Positions 42,661 through 53,902 of a stretch of DNA of 62,802 bases are shown in pieces. A model generated the notes under the pieces. It was not told the origin of the DNA. It searched no databases and saw only the letters and a list, made by a program, of their open reading frames with translations. The stretch covers positions 1 through 62,802 of the forward strand of contig JAZRYC010000162.1 of NCBI GenBank assembly GCA_045600525.1, written 5' to 3'. A program made the translations under genes and the position numbers. Positions within the stretch are counted from its first letter, which is position 1, and each line of letters opens with the position of its first letter. Origin of the DNA: Bacteroidales bacterium. GTDB taxonomy: Bacteria > Bacteroidota > Bacteroidia > Bacteroidales > WCHB1-69.

Positions 42661-43335
42661 TTGGCGTTGGATAAGAAGAAAAGATTCTCGCTTATTGCGG
42701 GCTGTGTAATCGTTGTCTTAATCCTTTTGGACCAAGTGCTCAAAATATGGGTTAAGACGCACATGTGCTTAGGAGAGAACATTCCCCTCTTGGGCCAGTG
42801 GTTCAACCTTTATTTTATTGAAAATGAAGGAATGGCTTTCGGTTTGAGTTTTGGACAAAATCTCGGGAAACTCCTTCTCACTTTGGTACGCATTGCGCTG
42901 GTTGTTTTCTTATGCTGGTATGTGCACCGCCTCATCAAAAAGGATAAGATGGATGGTTTGACATTGTCCACGTTCTGTCTTGTCATTGCCGGTGCTTTGG
43001 GTAATATAGTCGACTGCCTTTTCTACGGGGTGGTGTTCAACGAAAGCACTTTCTCAACGGTGGCGTCTCTGTTTCCCGATGCCGGTGGATATGCTCCCCT
43101 GATGTATGGCAGGGTAGTGGATATGATTTACGTGCGACTGTTTCCTATACCGGACGGCTTTCCTTTGTGGGGAGGTAGTTATTTCTTTCCCGCCATCTTT
43201 AATTTTGCCGATTCCTGCGTAACCGTTGGCATTTTCATGATGCTTATTTTTAGTAAGCGTATTTTCAAGAATTTAGATAATAAAACTACAGAAGCGTGTA
43301 GTGGTATGTCGGAATCAGCGTCTATTGAACGCTGA
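42661..43335 (+). CDS. lspA: lipoprotein signal peptidase II
   Basis: LDQVLKIWV, NEGMAFG, ALGNIVD and FNFADS motifs. Only a TTG start is available (42661, or 42667), 2 nt after the upstream stop. Confidence 0.88.
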   Translation: MALDKKKRFSLIAGCVIVVLILLDQVLKIWVKTHMCLGENIPLLGQWFNLYFIENEGMAFGLSFGQNLGKLLLTLVRIALVVFLCWYVHRLIKKDKMDGLTLSTFCLVIAGALGNIVDCLFYGVVFNESTFSTVASLFPDAGGYAPLMYGRVVDMIYVRLFPIPDGFPLWGGSYFFPAIFNFADSCVTVGIFMMLIFSKRIFKNLDNKTTEACSGMSESASIER

Positions 43336-43376
43336 TTTCTTTTTTTGGAAAATTCACATTTTAAAATTACAATACA

Positions 43377-45530
43377 ATGAAAAATCTTACAAAAGGTCTT
43401 TTGCTGTCTTTGCTGACAGTGTTCTGTGCGACCACTTTCGCCATCAATCCGCCGGATGAGGGTATGTGGCTGCCGATGTTCATCAAAAACTACAATTATG
43501 CTCAAATGCAGAAATTAGGTCTGCAACTTACTCCCGAACAACTTTACGACATCAACCATTCCTCTTTGAAGGATGCCATCGTGCAACTCGGCGACGGCTT
43601 CTGCACGGGTGAAATGGTCTCCAAAGATGGTTTGATGTTCACCAACCACCACTGCGGATATTCTTCTGTGGTGGAACTTTCCACAGTTGAACATGACTAT
43701 TTGAGTAATGGTTTCTTTGCCATGAGCAAGGAAGAGGAACTTCCTGCCAATTTCCATGTAAATTTCCTGGAAAGAATGGAAGACGTTACGGCTGTTGTTT
43801 TGGCTAACGTAAAGGACACCATGTCTGAGGCTGCCCGCGAAAAAGCTATCGGAACCGTCATCAAGAAACTCCAAAAGGAAAATTCCCAGGATGGTCGCTA
43901 CAAAGTTGTGGTGAAACCTTTCTACGAAGGCAATGAATACTATATGTTCATCTATACCACTTACGAAGATGTTCGTCTGGTTTGTGCTCCTCCCGCCGCC
44001 ATCGGCAAATTCGGTGGTGACACCGACAACTGGATGTGGCCCCGCCATACGGGCGACTTCACCGTGTTCCGTATCTATACGGCTCCTGATGGTTCTCCGG
44101 CTAAATATTCCAAGGATAATGTCCCTTTCCATCCCAAACACTTCCTCCCAGTCAGCTTGAAAGGTTATCAACCCGGCGACTATACTATGATTTGGGGTTA
44201 TCCCGGAACCACGGAACGTTTCAAAACCTCCTATGAAGTGGAGAACTCTATCAATGTGGATGGTCCTGCTATTTACGAACCTTTGGATATCATTCTTCCT
44301 GTAATCAACGAGGCTATGAATGCCGATGAGGCTGTGCGCCTAAAATATGCCGACGGTTATGCCGGATTGGCCAACTATTGGAAAAATCAAAAGGGTATGG
44401 TTTCCAGTCTGAAGGCCCTCAAGGTGGTGGAAAAGAAACAACAGCAGGAAGATGCCCTCACAAAGTGGATCAACTTCAGCAAGGATCGTCAGAAAAAATA
44501 CGGCAAATGCCTGAATGAAATCAAAGAAGCTGTAGCCGGTATTGATGCTAATGCCTATAAGGCCATGATGAATGCCAATATGACGCTTTCTTCCTCCTCT
44601 TCCATGTTGGCTGCTTGGCGTACGCACAACAGCCTGTCTGTGGAAAAGGGCAAGAAGGGACTCAAAGAAGGTTTGGCAGAAAAACTCATTGCCGCCTATG
44701 ACAACATCAACAGTGACAAGGATCCCAAGACCGAGGCTAAAATCATTATGGCGTCTTTCGACATCTGGAAGAGCCTTCCTCAAAATTACAGACCTGATTT
44801 TGACGCCATGTTGGCAAAGAATTTCAAAGGCAGCAAGGCTAACTTTGAAGCAGCACTGGCTAATTCTATCTTCATCTCCCACGAGAACTTTGAAAACTTT
44901 GTGAAGAACCCTAACAACAAAGTTTTAGACAAGGATCCGTACGTGCTTTATATCAATGCGCTTATGCCTACAGTTATGACCAACCAGGGCGTGTATGAGC
45001 AGATGGAGAAATTAGACGTTCCTCGTCGTACCTATCTTGCCGCTTTGAAGGAAATGAATGCCGAAACACCAATGTATCCTGATGCCAACAGTACCATGCG
45101 TACTACATATGGTACGGTATGCGACTACTATCCTGCTGATGGTGTTCACTACAACTATTTCACGACCACGAAGGGTATCCTCGAAAAGGAAAAACCGGGC
45201 GATCCTGAATTTGATGTTCCCGCCAAACTCAAAAACCTTATTCTGGCCCGCGACTTCGGTCAATATGCCGACAAGGACGGTGATTTGCATGTGTGTTTCC
45301 TCTCCAACAACGACATCACGGGTGGTAACTCCGGCAGCCCGATTATGAATGGAAATGGTGAACTCATCGGTTTGGCCTTCGATGGCAACTGGGAAGCCCT
45401 CAGCAGCGACATCGTGTTCAACACGGAATTGCAGCGTTGTATCAATGTGGATGCCCGCTACGTGCTCTTCATTATCGACAAGTTCGGTGGTGCTGGCTAT
45501 CTGCTTAACGAAATGGATATTAGAAAATAA
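43377..45530 (+). CDS. S46 family dipeptidyl-peptidase (DPP7/DPP11-like)
   Basis: Signal peptide, DEGMWLP, FTNHHCG (His), GGNSGSPIMN (Ser); 717 aa. Confidence 0.9.
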   Translation: MKNLTKGLLLSLLTVFCATTFAINPPDEGMWLPMFIKNYNYAQMQKLGLQLTPEQLYDINHSSLKDAIVQLGDGFCTGEMVSKDGLMFTNHHCGYSSVVELSTVEHDYLSNGFFAMSKEEELPANFHVNFLERMEDVTAVVLANVKDTMSEAAREKAIGTVIKKLQKENSQDGRYKVVVKPFYEGNEYYMFIYTTYEDVRLVCAPPAAIGKFGGDTDNWMWPRHTGDFTVFRIYTAPDGSPAKYSKDNVPFHPKHFLPVSLKGYQPGDYTMIWGYPGTTERFKTSYEVENSINVDGPAIYEPLDIILPVINEAMNADEAVRLKYADGYAGLANYWKNQKGMVSSLKALKVVEKKQQQEDALTKWINFSKDRQKKYGKCLNEIKEAVAGIDANAYKAMMNANMTLSSSSSMLAAWRTHNSLSVEKGKKGLKEGLAEKLIAAYDNINSDKDPKTEAKIIMASFDIWKSLPQNYRPDFDAMLAKNFKGSKANFEAALANSIFISHENFENFVKNPNNKVLDKDPYVLYINALMPTVMTNQGVYEQMEKLDVPRRTYLAALKEMNAETPMYPDANSTMRTTYGTVCDYYPADGVHYNYFTTTKGILEKEKPGDPEFDVPAKLKNLILARDFGQYADKDGDLHVCFLSNNDITGGNSGSPIMNGNGELIGLAFDGNWEALSSDIVFNTELQRCINVDARYVLFIIDKFGGAGYLLNEMDIRK

Positions 45531-45550
45531 GCATAGCGCTTCTTATACGA

Positions 45551-45586
45551 AAGTTCCCCGACCTATGGCCGGGGAACTTTTTTATT
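45551..45586. terminator. bidirectional terminator between the S46 peptidase gene and the valS operon
   Basis: aagttccccg acctatggc cggggaactt followed by a T-run. Confidence 0.7.
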
Positions 45587-45602
45587 ATGTGGGAAGGAAA
45601 GA

Positions 45603-45785
45603 CTATTCTTTATCGGCCTCTACCTTTCGACGCTTTCGTTCAATAATGGAGTAGCTTGCCCAGTAGGCGATGGTGACGGCGATGGTGATGCCCACCATGA
45701 TGGGGAAACGCTCCTTGATTTCCATAAAGGTGAAAGGAATCAGGCAGATGGCCAAAATCATGAAAAAACGTAGGGCGGCTTTCAT
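45603..45785 (-). CDS. small two-TM membrane protein (60 aa), hypothetical
   Basis: The ATG lies 2 nt after the valS stop, there are two hydrophobic helices, and the terminator follows. Confidence 0.4.
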   Translation of the reverse strand: MKAALRFFMILAICLIPFTFMEIKERFPIMVGITIAVTIAYWASYSIIERKRRKVEADKE

Positions 45786-45787
45786 CG

Positions 45788-48421
45788 TTATTGGAGTTTG
45801 GAAAGCTGTTCTTTGATGATACGTATTTTCTCTTCGGCATCGGCCTGCTTCTTACGCTCGATGTCCACGACATTTTGCGGTGCGTTGTTTACGAAACGTT
45901 CATTGGAGAGTTTCTTGAGTACGCCCTGAAGGAATCCTTCGGCATATTTGAGGTCGGCCTGCAACTTCTTGATTTCCTCTTCCGCATTGACCAGTCCTTC
46001 CAAAGGAACGGAGTATTTAACATTCTGTTCAATGAAGGAGGCTCCATTTACTTCGCCGTCGGCACCTACGTAGGTAATGCTTTCCACGTTGGCGAGTTTT
46101 GCAATGACGGCATCCATTTCAGAATGGGCTGTAGCTGCCTCGGCATGTACGTGGAGTTTGAGGGCGTTTTTATTGGCGATGTTCTTTTCGGAGCGGATGC
46201 GTCGGATTTGCTCGATGACGTTGCGGGTGAGGGCAAAGCGGTCTAATAGGTCGCGGTTTACGGGTTCGGCTTTGGGCATCTCACAAAGCATCAGGGATTC
46301 TCCTTCCTGACGTTCGCGGAGAGCGTGCCAAAGTTCTTCCGTGATGAAGGGCATAAACGGATGCAGCAGTTTGGTGAGCTTCTCGAAGATGTCCACAATG
46401 TCATTATAGGTTTTTCCGTCCATGCGTTTTTGGAAGGCGGGTTTCACGATTTCCAGGAAACAGGAGCAGAAGTCGTCCCATACCAATTTATACAGGGCCA
46501 TCAGGGCTTCGGAAAGGCGGTAGCGCTTGAAGTCCTCTTCGGCATCGGCCAGCACCTCGTTGATGCGTTCGTTCATCCATGCGATAGCGGTTTTGGTATG
46601 AATGGGCTGTTCGCCGTTTTCATCTACTTCCCAGCCCATCACTAGGCGGAAGGCATTCCACATCTTATTACTGAAATTACGGCCCTGTTCGCAGAGCGAT
46701 TCGTCAAACAGCAGGTCGTTGCCGGCCGGGGAGCTGAGCAGCATGCCGAAGCGTACGCCGTCGGCGCCGTATTTTTCCATCAGCATGATGGGGTCGGGGG
46801 AGTTGCCGAGCGACTTGGACATCTTGCGGTGCTGGTTGTCGCGCACGGTACCGGTGAAATACACGTCCTTGAAAGGTATGGTGCCTCGCCATTCCAAACC
46901 GGCCATAATCATACGGGCCACCCAGAAGAAGATGATGTCGGGAGCCGTGATAAGGGTGGAAGTGGGGTAGTAGTAGTTGATTTCCGGGTTGTCGGGGTGG
47001 CGGATGCCGTCGAATACGGAAAGGGGCCACAGCCAGGAGGAGAACCAAGTGTCCATAACGTCTTCGTCCTGCTGGAGGTCTTCTTTACGAAGATTCAGTT
47101 CGGGATATTTCTGAACGGCGATATTGAAGGCTTCATCAAGGTTGTGCGCCACCACGTATTCGTGATTGGGCAGATAGAAGGCCGGGATGCGGTGTCCCCA
47201 CCACAGTTGGCGGCTGATGCACCAATCCTTTACGTTCTCCATCCAGTGGGCATAAGTGTTTTTGAACTTGTCGGGATGGAATTTGATGTCGTTGTTCATC
47301 ACGGCATCAAGGGCCGGCTTGGCCAGTTCGCCCATCTTGCAGAACCACTGCATGGACAGTTTGGGTTCAATGACTTCGTTGGTTCTTTCGGAAAAGCCCA
47401 CTTTATTGACGTAGTCTTCAATTTTGACCATGCTGCCGGCTTCTTCCAACAATGGAATGATAGCCTTTCTGGCTTCGAAGCGGTCCATGCCGACGAGGAA
47501 CTGTGCGTTTTCGCTGAGGGTTCCGTTGTCGTTGAAGATGTTGATGGTATCCAAATGGTGTTTGATGCCGAGATTGTAGTCGTTGATGTCGTGGGCGGGT
47601 GTGATTTTGAGGGCGCCCGTGCCGAATTCGCGTTCCACGTATTCATCGTAAATCAAGGGGATGGAGCGATTGACGATGGGAACGATAGCACGTTTGCCTT
47701 TGTATTTGGCATAGCGTTCGTCATCGGGATGCATGCAGATGGCCGTGTCGCCGAGGATGGTCTCCGGGCGCGTGGTGGCAATGGTGATGTATTCGCCAGA
47801 TTCACCTTCGATTTGATAGCGAACGTAGTAGAGTTTGGATTGGAGTTCTTTGTAGACGACTTCTTCGTCGGAAACGGCGGTCAGGGCTTTGGGGTCCCAA
47901 TTGACCATGCGAACGCCACGGTAGATCTTCCCCTTGTTGTAAAGGTCCACGAAGACATCAATGACGGCCTCGGAGAGATCCGGGTCCATAGTGAACTTGG
48001 TACGGTCCCAGTCGCAGGAGGCGCCGAGTTTGCGGAGTTGTTTGAGGATGATGCCGCCGTGTTTTTCCTTCCACTGCCAGGCATGTTCCAGGAATTGCTC
48101 GCGAGTAAGGTCTTTTTTATCAATGCCCTGTTCTTTCAGCAGATTCACCACCTTGGCTTCCGTGGCGATAGAGGCGTGGTCGGTACCGGGCACCCATACG
48201 GCGTTGAATCCCGTCATGCGCGCACGACGGATGAGCACGTCTTGTATAGTGTTGTTAAGCATGTGTCCCATGTGCAGCACGCCCGTTACATTTGGAGGGG
48301 GAATGACAATGGTGTAGGCCGGTTTGTCATTCGGCTCGGAATGAAACATGCGGTGGTCGGTCCAGTATTTGTACCATTTGTCCTCCACTACGGTAGGATC
48401 GTATTTAGTAGCTAATTCCAT
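45788..48421 (-). CDS. valS: valine--tRNA ligase
   Basis: 877 aa with the HMGH and KMSKS motifs and a C-terminal coiled coil. Confidence 0.97.
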   Translation of the reverse strand: MELATKYDPTVVEDKWYKYWTDHRMFHSEPNDKPAYTIVIPPPNVTGVLHMGHMLNNTIQDVLIRRARMTGFNAVWVPGTDHASIATEAKVVNLLKEQGIDKKDLTREQFLEHAWQWKEKHGGIILKQLRKLGASCDWDRTKFTMDPDLSEAVIDVFVDLYNKGKIYRGVRMVNWDPKALTAVSDEEVVYKELQSKLYYVRYQIEGESGEYITIATTRPETILGDTAICMHPDDERYAKYKGKRAIVPIVNRSIPLIYDEYVEREFGTGALKITPAHDINDYNLGIKHHLDTINIFNDNGTLSENAQFLVGMDRFEARKAIIPLLEEAGSMVKIEDYVNKVGFSERTNEVIEPKLSMQWFCKMGELAKPALDAVMNNDIKFHPDKFKNTYAHWMENVKDWCISRQLWWGHRIPAFYLPNHEYVVAHNLDEAFNIAVQKYPELNLRKEDLQQDEDVMDTWFSSWLWPLSVFDGIRHPDNPEINYYYPTSTLITAPDIIFFWVARMIMAGLEWRGTIPFKDVYFTGTVRDNQHRKMSKSLGNSPDPIMLMEKYGADGVRFGMLLSSPAGNDLLFDESLCEQGRNFSNKMWNAFRLVMGWEVDENGEQPIHTKTAIAWMNERINEVLADAEEDFKRYRLSEALMALYKLVWDDFCSCFLEIVKPAFQKRMDGKTYNDIVDIFEKLTKLLHPFMPFITEELWHALRERQEGESLMLCEMPKAEPVNRDLLDRFALTRNVIEQIRRIRSEKNIANKNALKLHVHAEAATAHSEMDAVIAKLANVESITYVGADGEVNGASFIEQNVKYSVPLEGLVNAEEEIKKLQADLKYAEGFLQGVLKKLSNERFVNNAPQNVVDIERKKQADAEEKIRIIKEQLSKLQ

Positions 48422-48442
48422 TGTGATAAACTTTGTGTTCTA

Positions 48443-49438
48443 TTAGTGTATAATCTTGAAAATCATTTCCTTTAATAATTCTGCCTCCTCGCAGTTGGCA
48501 TCCACTCCCTTGGACTTCATATCGTATTCGCGTAAAACGGAAATAATGTTGGTGAGTTGGGGAATGGTGTGATATTGGGCGTATTGCACGTTTTTGGAAA
48601 GAATGGAAGGAGGCAGGTTGCCGAAAATCTTACGTTGGGCATCGGTGTCTTTTTCGGCGGAGAGCTGGTATTTCAACATCTTATGGTAGAAGTTATAGAG
48701 CATCAAAATGGTTTTGATGTTCGGGTTCTCCTTCAGATGCTGGGTGAAGTTGTTGATGATCTTGTAGGTTTTCTGTATGTTTCGGCTGCCGAGAGCGTCC
48801 TGCAGTTCGAAGATGTTGTATTCCTTGCTGATACCGATGTATTTTTCCACCACGTCTGCGGTGATGGTGCTGTTGGGAGGCAAAACAACTTTCAACTTTT
48901 CAAACTCGCTGTATATGCGCGACAGGTCGTTGCCGATCTGCTCGGTGAGTAGGGCGGCGGTGTGCGGGTCGAGTTGGAAATGAAATCGGATGGCCTGCTT
49001 CTGCACCCAGTCGGGAAGATTCCAATCTTTGATTCCCACAGATTCAAAGACCACGCCGTGCTTCTCGAAAGGCTTGTACTGGTTGGCTTTCAATTTCCCA
49101 TATTTATGGCAGATGACCAATATGGTGGAAGCAAGGGGATTCTCCACATAGGATTTCAACTTGTCGATTTCCTTAAGATCCTTGGCCTCTTTGACGATGA
49201 CCAAGCGGTATTCGCTACCGAAAGGAAACTGTTTGGCATTGGCGATCACATCGGCCACATTGGTGTCTTTTCCATAGAGGACGACCTGGTTGAAGTCACG
49301 GTCGGATTCGTCAATTACTTTTGTCTCAAAGAATTTGCATATTTGGTCAATGTAGAAAGGTTCTTCGCCCATGAGAAGATAGACAGGGGCGAATTGACGA
49401 TTTTTCAATTGATTGACAAGTTCTTCGTATTTAATCAT
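48443..49438 (-). CDS. holA: DNA polymerase III subunit delta
   Basis: From the ATG at 49438: MIKYEELVNQLKNRQFAPVYLLMGEEPFYID... The upstream TTG extension is rejected. Confidence 0.8.
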   Translation of the reverse strand: MIKYEELVNQLKNRQFAPVYLLMGEEPFYIDQICKFFETKVIDESDRDFNQVVLYGKDTNVADVIANAKQFPFGSEYRLVIVKEAKDLKEIDKLKSYVENPLASTILVICHKYGKLKANQYKPFEKHGVVFESVGIKDWNLPDWVQKQAIRFHFQLDPHTAALLTEQIGNDLSRIYSEFEKLKVVLPPNSTITADVVEKYIGISKEYNIFELQDALGSRNIQKTYKIINNFTQHLKENPNIKTILMLYNFYHKMLKYQLSAEKDTDAQRKIFGNLPPSILSKNVQYAQYHTIPQLTNIISVLREYDMKSKGVDANCEEAELLKEMIFKIIH

Positions 49439-49459
49439 AGTCGTTTTTACAAAAGCCTG

Positions 49460-49467
49460 CAAAGATA
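49460..49467 (-). promoter_or_regulatory. -7 box TATCTTTG for holA-valS
   Basis: Reverse complement of caaagata, about 21 nt upstream of the ATG at 49438. Confidence 0.4.
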
Positions 49468-49585
49468 CAAAAAAGTAATTTGTCCCATCGTCGCAAACCC
49501 GTGATTTACGCAGGTAACAAATTCTCTTCTTTTAAAGGAAGGATCGAAGGGTGGGGTGGTCTTTGCAAATGCAGAGAGGGGCCCT

Positions 49586-50827
49586 TTACATACTTTTCGC
49601 TTTATAGTAAAGAGTGCAACTGCCGCTTTCGGTGAACACTTCCCTGATGAGACGATGCATTTGCTCTTCGGTGACATTGAAGTAATGTTCGCGCTCGTTC
49701 AGAAAATATTCGGCATTGGAGATGGTCTCGCCCACGGCGATGTTGGAGGCGCGGTCGTCAATCTTGATTTCGTTGTTGAGCAGAATGGATTCGGCGCGGT
49801 TTTTCACTTTTTGCAAATCGTGGGGGAAAGTGGAACCATATTGAAAATGATAGAGATATTCGCACAGGGCATTATCGGCTTCTTCTGCGGACAGTCCCTC
49901 CGATGGGCGTCCGCTAATGAGGAAGAGTCCGTCGTCGGAGGTACCCATAATGGAGGCAGATATGTCGGTGAAGATTTTTCTGTTGGTAACAAATTCCCGA
50001 TACAGATAGGACGATTGCCCAGTGCCGAACATGTCTGAAAGCAGGTCGCAGGCATAGTAGTCTGGGTGTATGCGGTTGCACATGTGCCAACCCTTGAGCA
50101 AGAGATCGGAGGGTACGTCGCGTTCCACTGTCAGGGCACGCGCCTCCGTTTGGGGCAGCTCCTTAGGATAGTTTTTGGCGGGCACGTTGCCCATCGGAAT
50201 ATCACCGAACCATTTTTCCACCAAGGGCATAATCTCGTCGTAGTGCACATTGCCGGCCACAACCAATACGGCATTGTTGGGACGGTAGAAACGGTAGTAA
50301 AAATCTTTGATCATCGTCATATTCACTTCGGCAATGTGCTCCGTCTTTTTGCCAATCGGGAGCCATTGATAGGGATGACGCAGGTAGGCCATCTGGTTGA
50401 AAAGCATGGCCAAATCACCGTATGGTCTGTTCAGATAGCTTTCCTTGAACTCCTCAATGACTACGTGCTTTTGGATGTCAAGCGATTCCTGTTTGAAGGC
50501 GAGCTCGAGCATGCGGTCGGACTCAATCCAGAGGGCGGTCTCAATGTTGTTGGCGGGCAGTACGATGTAGTAGTTGGTAAGATCCTGTGAGGTGTAGGCA
50601 TTGTTGATGGCCCCGACCTTTTGCAGGATGGTGTCATAGTCGGGCACGTTTTTGGAACCACAAAACATGAAATGTTCCATGAGATGGGCAAATCCGGTGT
50701 GGTCCGGGTGCTCGTCGCGAGAACCGACGTTATATACGATATTGCAGGCTGCCAGCGGTGTGGAGTGATCCTCGTGAACCAAAACGCGCAGCCCGTTGTC
50801 CAAGATTTTTCTTCTGATGGTTAGCAT
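49586..50827 (-). CDS. M16 family (pitrilysin/insulinase-like) metallopeptidase
   Basis: From the ATG at 50827. Inverted zinc motif HLMEH in GFAHLMEHFMFCGS. Confidence 0.85.
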   Translation of the reverse strand: MLTIRRKILDNGLRVLVHEDHSTPLAACNIVYNVGSRDEHPDHTGFAHLMEHFMFCGSKNVPDYDTILQKVGAINNAYTSQDLTNYYIVLPANNIETALWIESDRMLELAFKQESLDIQKHVVIEEFKESYLNRPYGDLAMLFNQMAYLRHPYQWLPIGKKTEHIAEVNMTMIKDFYYRFYRPNNAVLVVAGNVHYDEIMPLVEKWFGDIPMGNVPAKNYPKELPQTEARALTVERDVPSDLLLKGWHMCNRIHPDYYACDLLSDMFGTGQSSYLYREFVTNRKIFTDISASIMGTSDDGLFLISGRPSEGLSAEEADNALCEYLYHFQYGSTFPHDLQKVKNRAESILLNNEIKIDDRASNIAVGETISNAEYFLNEREHYFNVTEEQMHRLIREVFTESGSCTLYYKAKSM

Positions 50828-50845
50828 TGCTGAATTTTGAGGGTG

Positions 50846-50853
50846 CAAAAATA
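50846..50853 (-). promoter_or_regulatory. -7 box TATTTTTG for the M16 peptidase gene
   Basis: Reverse complement of caaaaata, about 18 nt upstream of the ATG at 50827. Confidence 0.4.
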
Positions 50854-50997
50854 GTAAAATTGGCATTCTAATAAGCTCTTTCCTCGCTGTGCGAGTTTGG
50901 AACTGAGTATGATTTGACTATGGTCATTGATTTTTTTAAGACAGTAGATGTTGCGAACGTTTTTTTTCATGTATTTCAAATTTTAAATATTGAATTG

Positions 50998-51005
50998 TAT
51001 CTTTG
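50998..51005 (+). promoter_or_regulatory. -7 box TATCTTTG for the patatin-uvrB unit
   Basis: Exact TAnnTTTG followed by C, about 38 nt upstream of the ATG at 51044. Confidence 0.45.
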
Positions 51006-51043
51006 CATTTCAAAAATTTTCACATGGATAATAGTATAATTGT

Positions 51044-51850
51044 ATGGCTATGAATATAGAGCGAACAGAAACCGACGAAAATGGGGGTAAAAAATTCGGT
51101 GTGTCCTTATCTGGCGGTTCCGCTTTGGGATACGCACACTTGGGGTTGCTCCAAGCGATGGAGGAAGCAGGAATCCGACCCGACTGTCTGGTTGGAACTT
51201 CTATGGGAGCCATCATCGGAATGATGTATGCCGCAGGCTATAAGCCGCTGCAGATCAAAGAGATTGTCAAGAAGGAGAAAATGGACAGCCTCATTCATCT
51301 CGTTTTTCCAAATACACCTAATCTGGGTGGGTTGGTAGGTTCCTCTCGTATTCGTAAGATTTTGAAAAAATATGTGCCAGACAATTCGTTTGATAAATTG
51401 CCGACTAAGTTCTACTGCTGTGTCAGCAATATGGACACCCTATTGCCGGAATACCATGGGACAGGCGGTCAGCTGGTCGAGTATGTGATGGCTTCTGCCT
51501 CTATGCCAGGCGTGTTCGCCCCTATGAAAATAAACGATCAATATTATGTGGATGGGGGCATTCACGATCATATGCCCGTGAAACCTCTGATGGATGAGGG
51601 CTGCGATGTGCGCTTTGGTTCCTTGCTTCAGTTGGTGAAGCCTGGAAAGAAGAAAGTCGCTACAATCTGGATGCACGCTTTCCTATATTGTTCTTATATC
51701 ACATATCAACAAAACATAGGACACTTCACTGATGTTCTTACGATTGATCCCGGCAAATACTGGTTATCAGATTTCAAGGCGTTGGATGCCATATACAATA
51801 TTGGCTATAAGACAGGTAAAAAATATTTCAGCGAACACAACATACTATAA
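51044..51850 (+). CDS. patatin-like phospholipase
   Basis: GGSALGYAHLG oxyanion region, GTSMG nucleophile elbow and the DGG motif. Confidence 0.85.
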   Translation: MAMNIERTETDENGGKKFGVSLSGGSALGYAHLGLLQAMEEAGIRPDCLVGTSMGAIIGMMYAAGYKPLQIKEIVKKEKMDSLIHLVFPNTPNLGGLVGSSRIRKILKKYVPDNSFDKLPTKFYCCVSNMDTLLPEYHGTGGQLVEYVMASASMPGVFAPMKINDQYYVDGGIHDHMPVKPLMDEGCDVRFGSLLQLVKPGKKKVATIWMHAFLYCSYITYQQNIGHFTDVLTIDPGKYWLSDFKALDAIYNIGYKTGKKYFSEHNIL

Positions 51851-51858
51851 ATAACAGA

Positions 51859-53892
51859 ATGGATTTCAAACTTGTTTCATCATATCAGCCTTCCGGTGAT
51901 CAGCCTTCTGCCATTAAGCAATTGGTGGATGGACTGAATCGGGGGGATGAGGCGCAGACCCTGCTCGGAGTGACGGGCTCCGGAAAGACCTTCACGATTG
52001 CCAATGTGCTTCAGCAGGTGAATAGGCCCGCCTTGATTCTCAGTCACAATAAAACGCTTGCCGCCCAACTTTATAGTGAGTTCAAGCAGTTCTTTCCCGA
52101 CAACGCGGTGGAATACTATGTTTCATATTACGACTACTATCAACCGGAAGCCTATATTCCTACCACGAACACATATATTGAAAAGGATCTGTCCATTAAC
52201 GATGAGATTGAAAAGCTCCGTTTGCACACCACGGCCTCCCTGCTTTCCGGACGACGCGATGTGATTGTCATTGCTTCGGTTTCATGTATTTACGGCATCG
52301 GCAATCCGGATGATTTTGCCAAGAACGTCATTCATGTCCATACGGGTATGCTCATTGATCGAAACAAGCTTCTGCTGACCTTTGTGAACAGCCTCTATTC
52401 GCGCACGGAGTTGGAACTTCTGCCTGCGCAGTTCCGTGTGAAGGGAGATACAGTGGATATCTATCCTCCCTATAGTGACCATGCCTATCGCATTGTGTTT
52501 TTCGATGATGAGATTGAATCCATTTCGGAAATCGAAGCCCATACGGGGGGAACAATCAGTACGCTGGATCGAATAACCATCTATCCGGCCAGCATCTTCG
52601 TTACGACTCAACAGTCGATGAATGAAGCCATTGACCATATCAAAATAGACCTTGGCGAACAAATAAAATATCTCAAGTCTATTGGAAAACATTTGGAGGC
52701 TAAGCGTTTGGACGACAGAGTGAATTATGATGTGGAGATGATGAAGGAGTTAGGCTATTGCTCCGGCATTGAAAACTATTCCCGCTATTTTGATAAGCGT
52801 AAACCCGGGGAGCGTCCGTTTTGCATTTTGGATTTCTTTCCTGAAGATTTTGTGTTGATTGTTGATGAGAGCCACGTCACGGTGCCTCAGATAGGGGCCA
52901 TGTATGGTGGCGACCGCTCCCGCAAAATCAATTTGGTGGACTATGGGTTCCGACTTCCGGCGGCACTGGACAATCGGCCGCTGAAGTTCGATGAGTTTCA
53001 AAGCCTTATCGGGCAGACGATATTCATGAGTGCCACGCCGGCGGAATATGAGTTGCAGAAGTCTGGCGGGGTGGTTGTGGAACAGGTGGTGCGTCCGACA
53101 GGGCTGCTGGATCCGCCCATAGAGGTGCGCCCGGCCACCAACCAGGTGGATGACCTCTTGGCTGAAATTGAGGACACGGTGGATCAGAATGAGCGTGTGC
53201 TGGTGACGACGCTGACCAAACGTATGGCCGAGGAGCTGAACACGTATTTGATAAACATTGGAATTAAGTCCTGCTATATCCATTCCGATGTGGATACGTT
53301 GGATCGTGTGGAAATCCTAAAAGACCTGCGTTCCGGTGCCATTGATGTATTGGTGGGTGTAAATCTTCTGAGGGAGGGTTTGGATCTGCCCGAAGTGTCT
53401 TTGGTGGCGGTGATGGATGCCGATAAGGAGGGCTTTTTGCGTAATGAGCGTTCCCTGACACAGACGGCGGGAAGGGCGGCGCGCCACGTGAAGGGGCGTG
53501 TTATTTTCTATGCCAACCAGATAACGAAGTCGATGCAGGCCACAATGGATGAGACGGCGCGCCGTCGTGCCAAACAGATGGCCTATAACGATGAACACCA
53601 TATTACGCCACGAGGTGTGGTGAAGTCAGACGAGATGTTCCTTGCCGGAAATATTGAAGAGTCCGTCTCCATACAGATTGAAAAACAGAAGCAGGTGTAC
53701 GAAGCAAAAGAGGGTGCTTCCACAAAGGCGGCAGAAGAAGATATTCATTTGCTGAATTTGGAGCAATTAGAACAGCGCCGCAAGAAACTGCGTAAAGAGA
53801 TGGATAAGGCAGTGAAGGAATTGGACTTTGACGCGGCCGCTTATCTGCGTGATCGGCTGATAGAGGTGGATAGACGTATCAAAGACTATTAG
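51859..53892 (+). CDS. uvrB: excinuclease ABC subunit B
   Basis: 677 aa with GVTGSGKT, helicase motifs and a C-terminal UVR domain. Confidence 0.97.
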   Translation: MDFKLVSSYQPSGDQPSAIKQLVDGLNRGDEAQTLLGVTGSGKTFTIANVLQQVNRPALILSHNKTLAAQLYSEFKQFFPDNAVEYYVSYYDYYQPEAYIPTTNTYIEKDLSINDEIEKLRLHTTASLLSGRRDVIVIASVSCIYGIGNPDDFAKNVIHVHTGMLIDRNKLLLTFVNSLYSRTELELLPAQFRVKGDTVDIYPPYSDHAYRIVFFDDEIESISEIEAHTGGTISTLDRITIYPASIFVTTQQSMNEAIDHIKIDLGEQIKYLKSIGKHLEAKRLDDRVNYDVEMMKELGYCSGIENYSRYFDKRKPGERPFCILDFFPEDFVLIVDESHVTVPQIGAMYGGDRSRKINLVDYGFRLPAALDNRPLKFDEFQSLIGQTIFMSATPAEYELQKSGGVVVEQVVRPTGLLDPPIEVRPATNQVDDLLAEIEDTVDQNERVLVTTLTKRMAEELNTYLINIGIKSCYIHSDVDTLDRVEILKDLRSGAIDVLVGVNLLREGLDLPEVSLVAVMDADKEGFLRNERSLTQTAGRAARHVKGRVIFYANQITKSMQATMDETARRRAKQMAYNDEHHITPRGVVKSDEMFLAGNIEESVSIQIEKQKQVYEAKEGASTKAAEEDIHLLNLEQLEQRRKKLRKEMDKAVKELDFDAAAYLRDRLIEVDRRIKDY

Positions 53893-53902
53893 GGATAAAT
53901 TG

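Noticed and set aside
46829-48415. 528-aa + strand ORF
   Set aside because: It is antisense to valS (HMGH and KMSKS motifs on the minus strand). A long shadow ORF is typical of this codon bias.
53893-53902. Terminator between the convergent uvrB and MltD-like genes
   Set aside because: Only 10 nt separate the two stop codons, and no hairpin is possible there.
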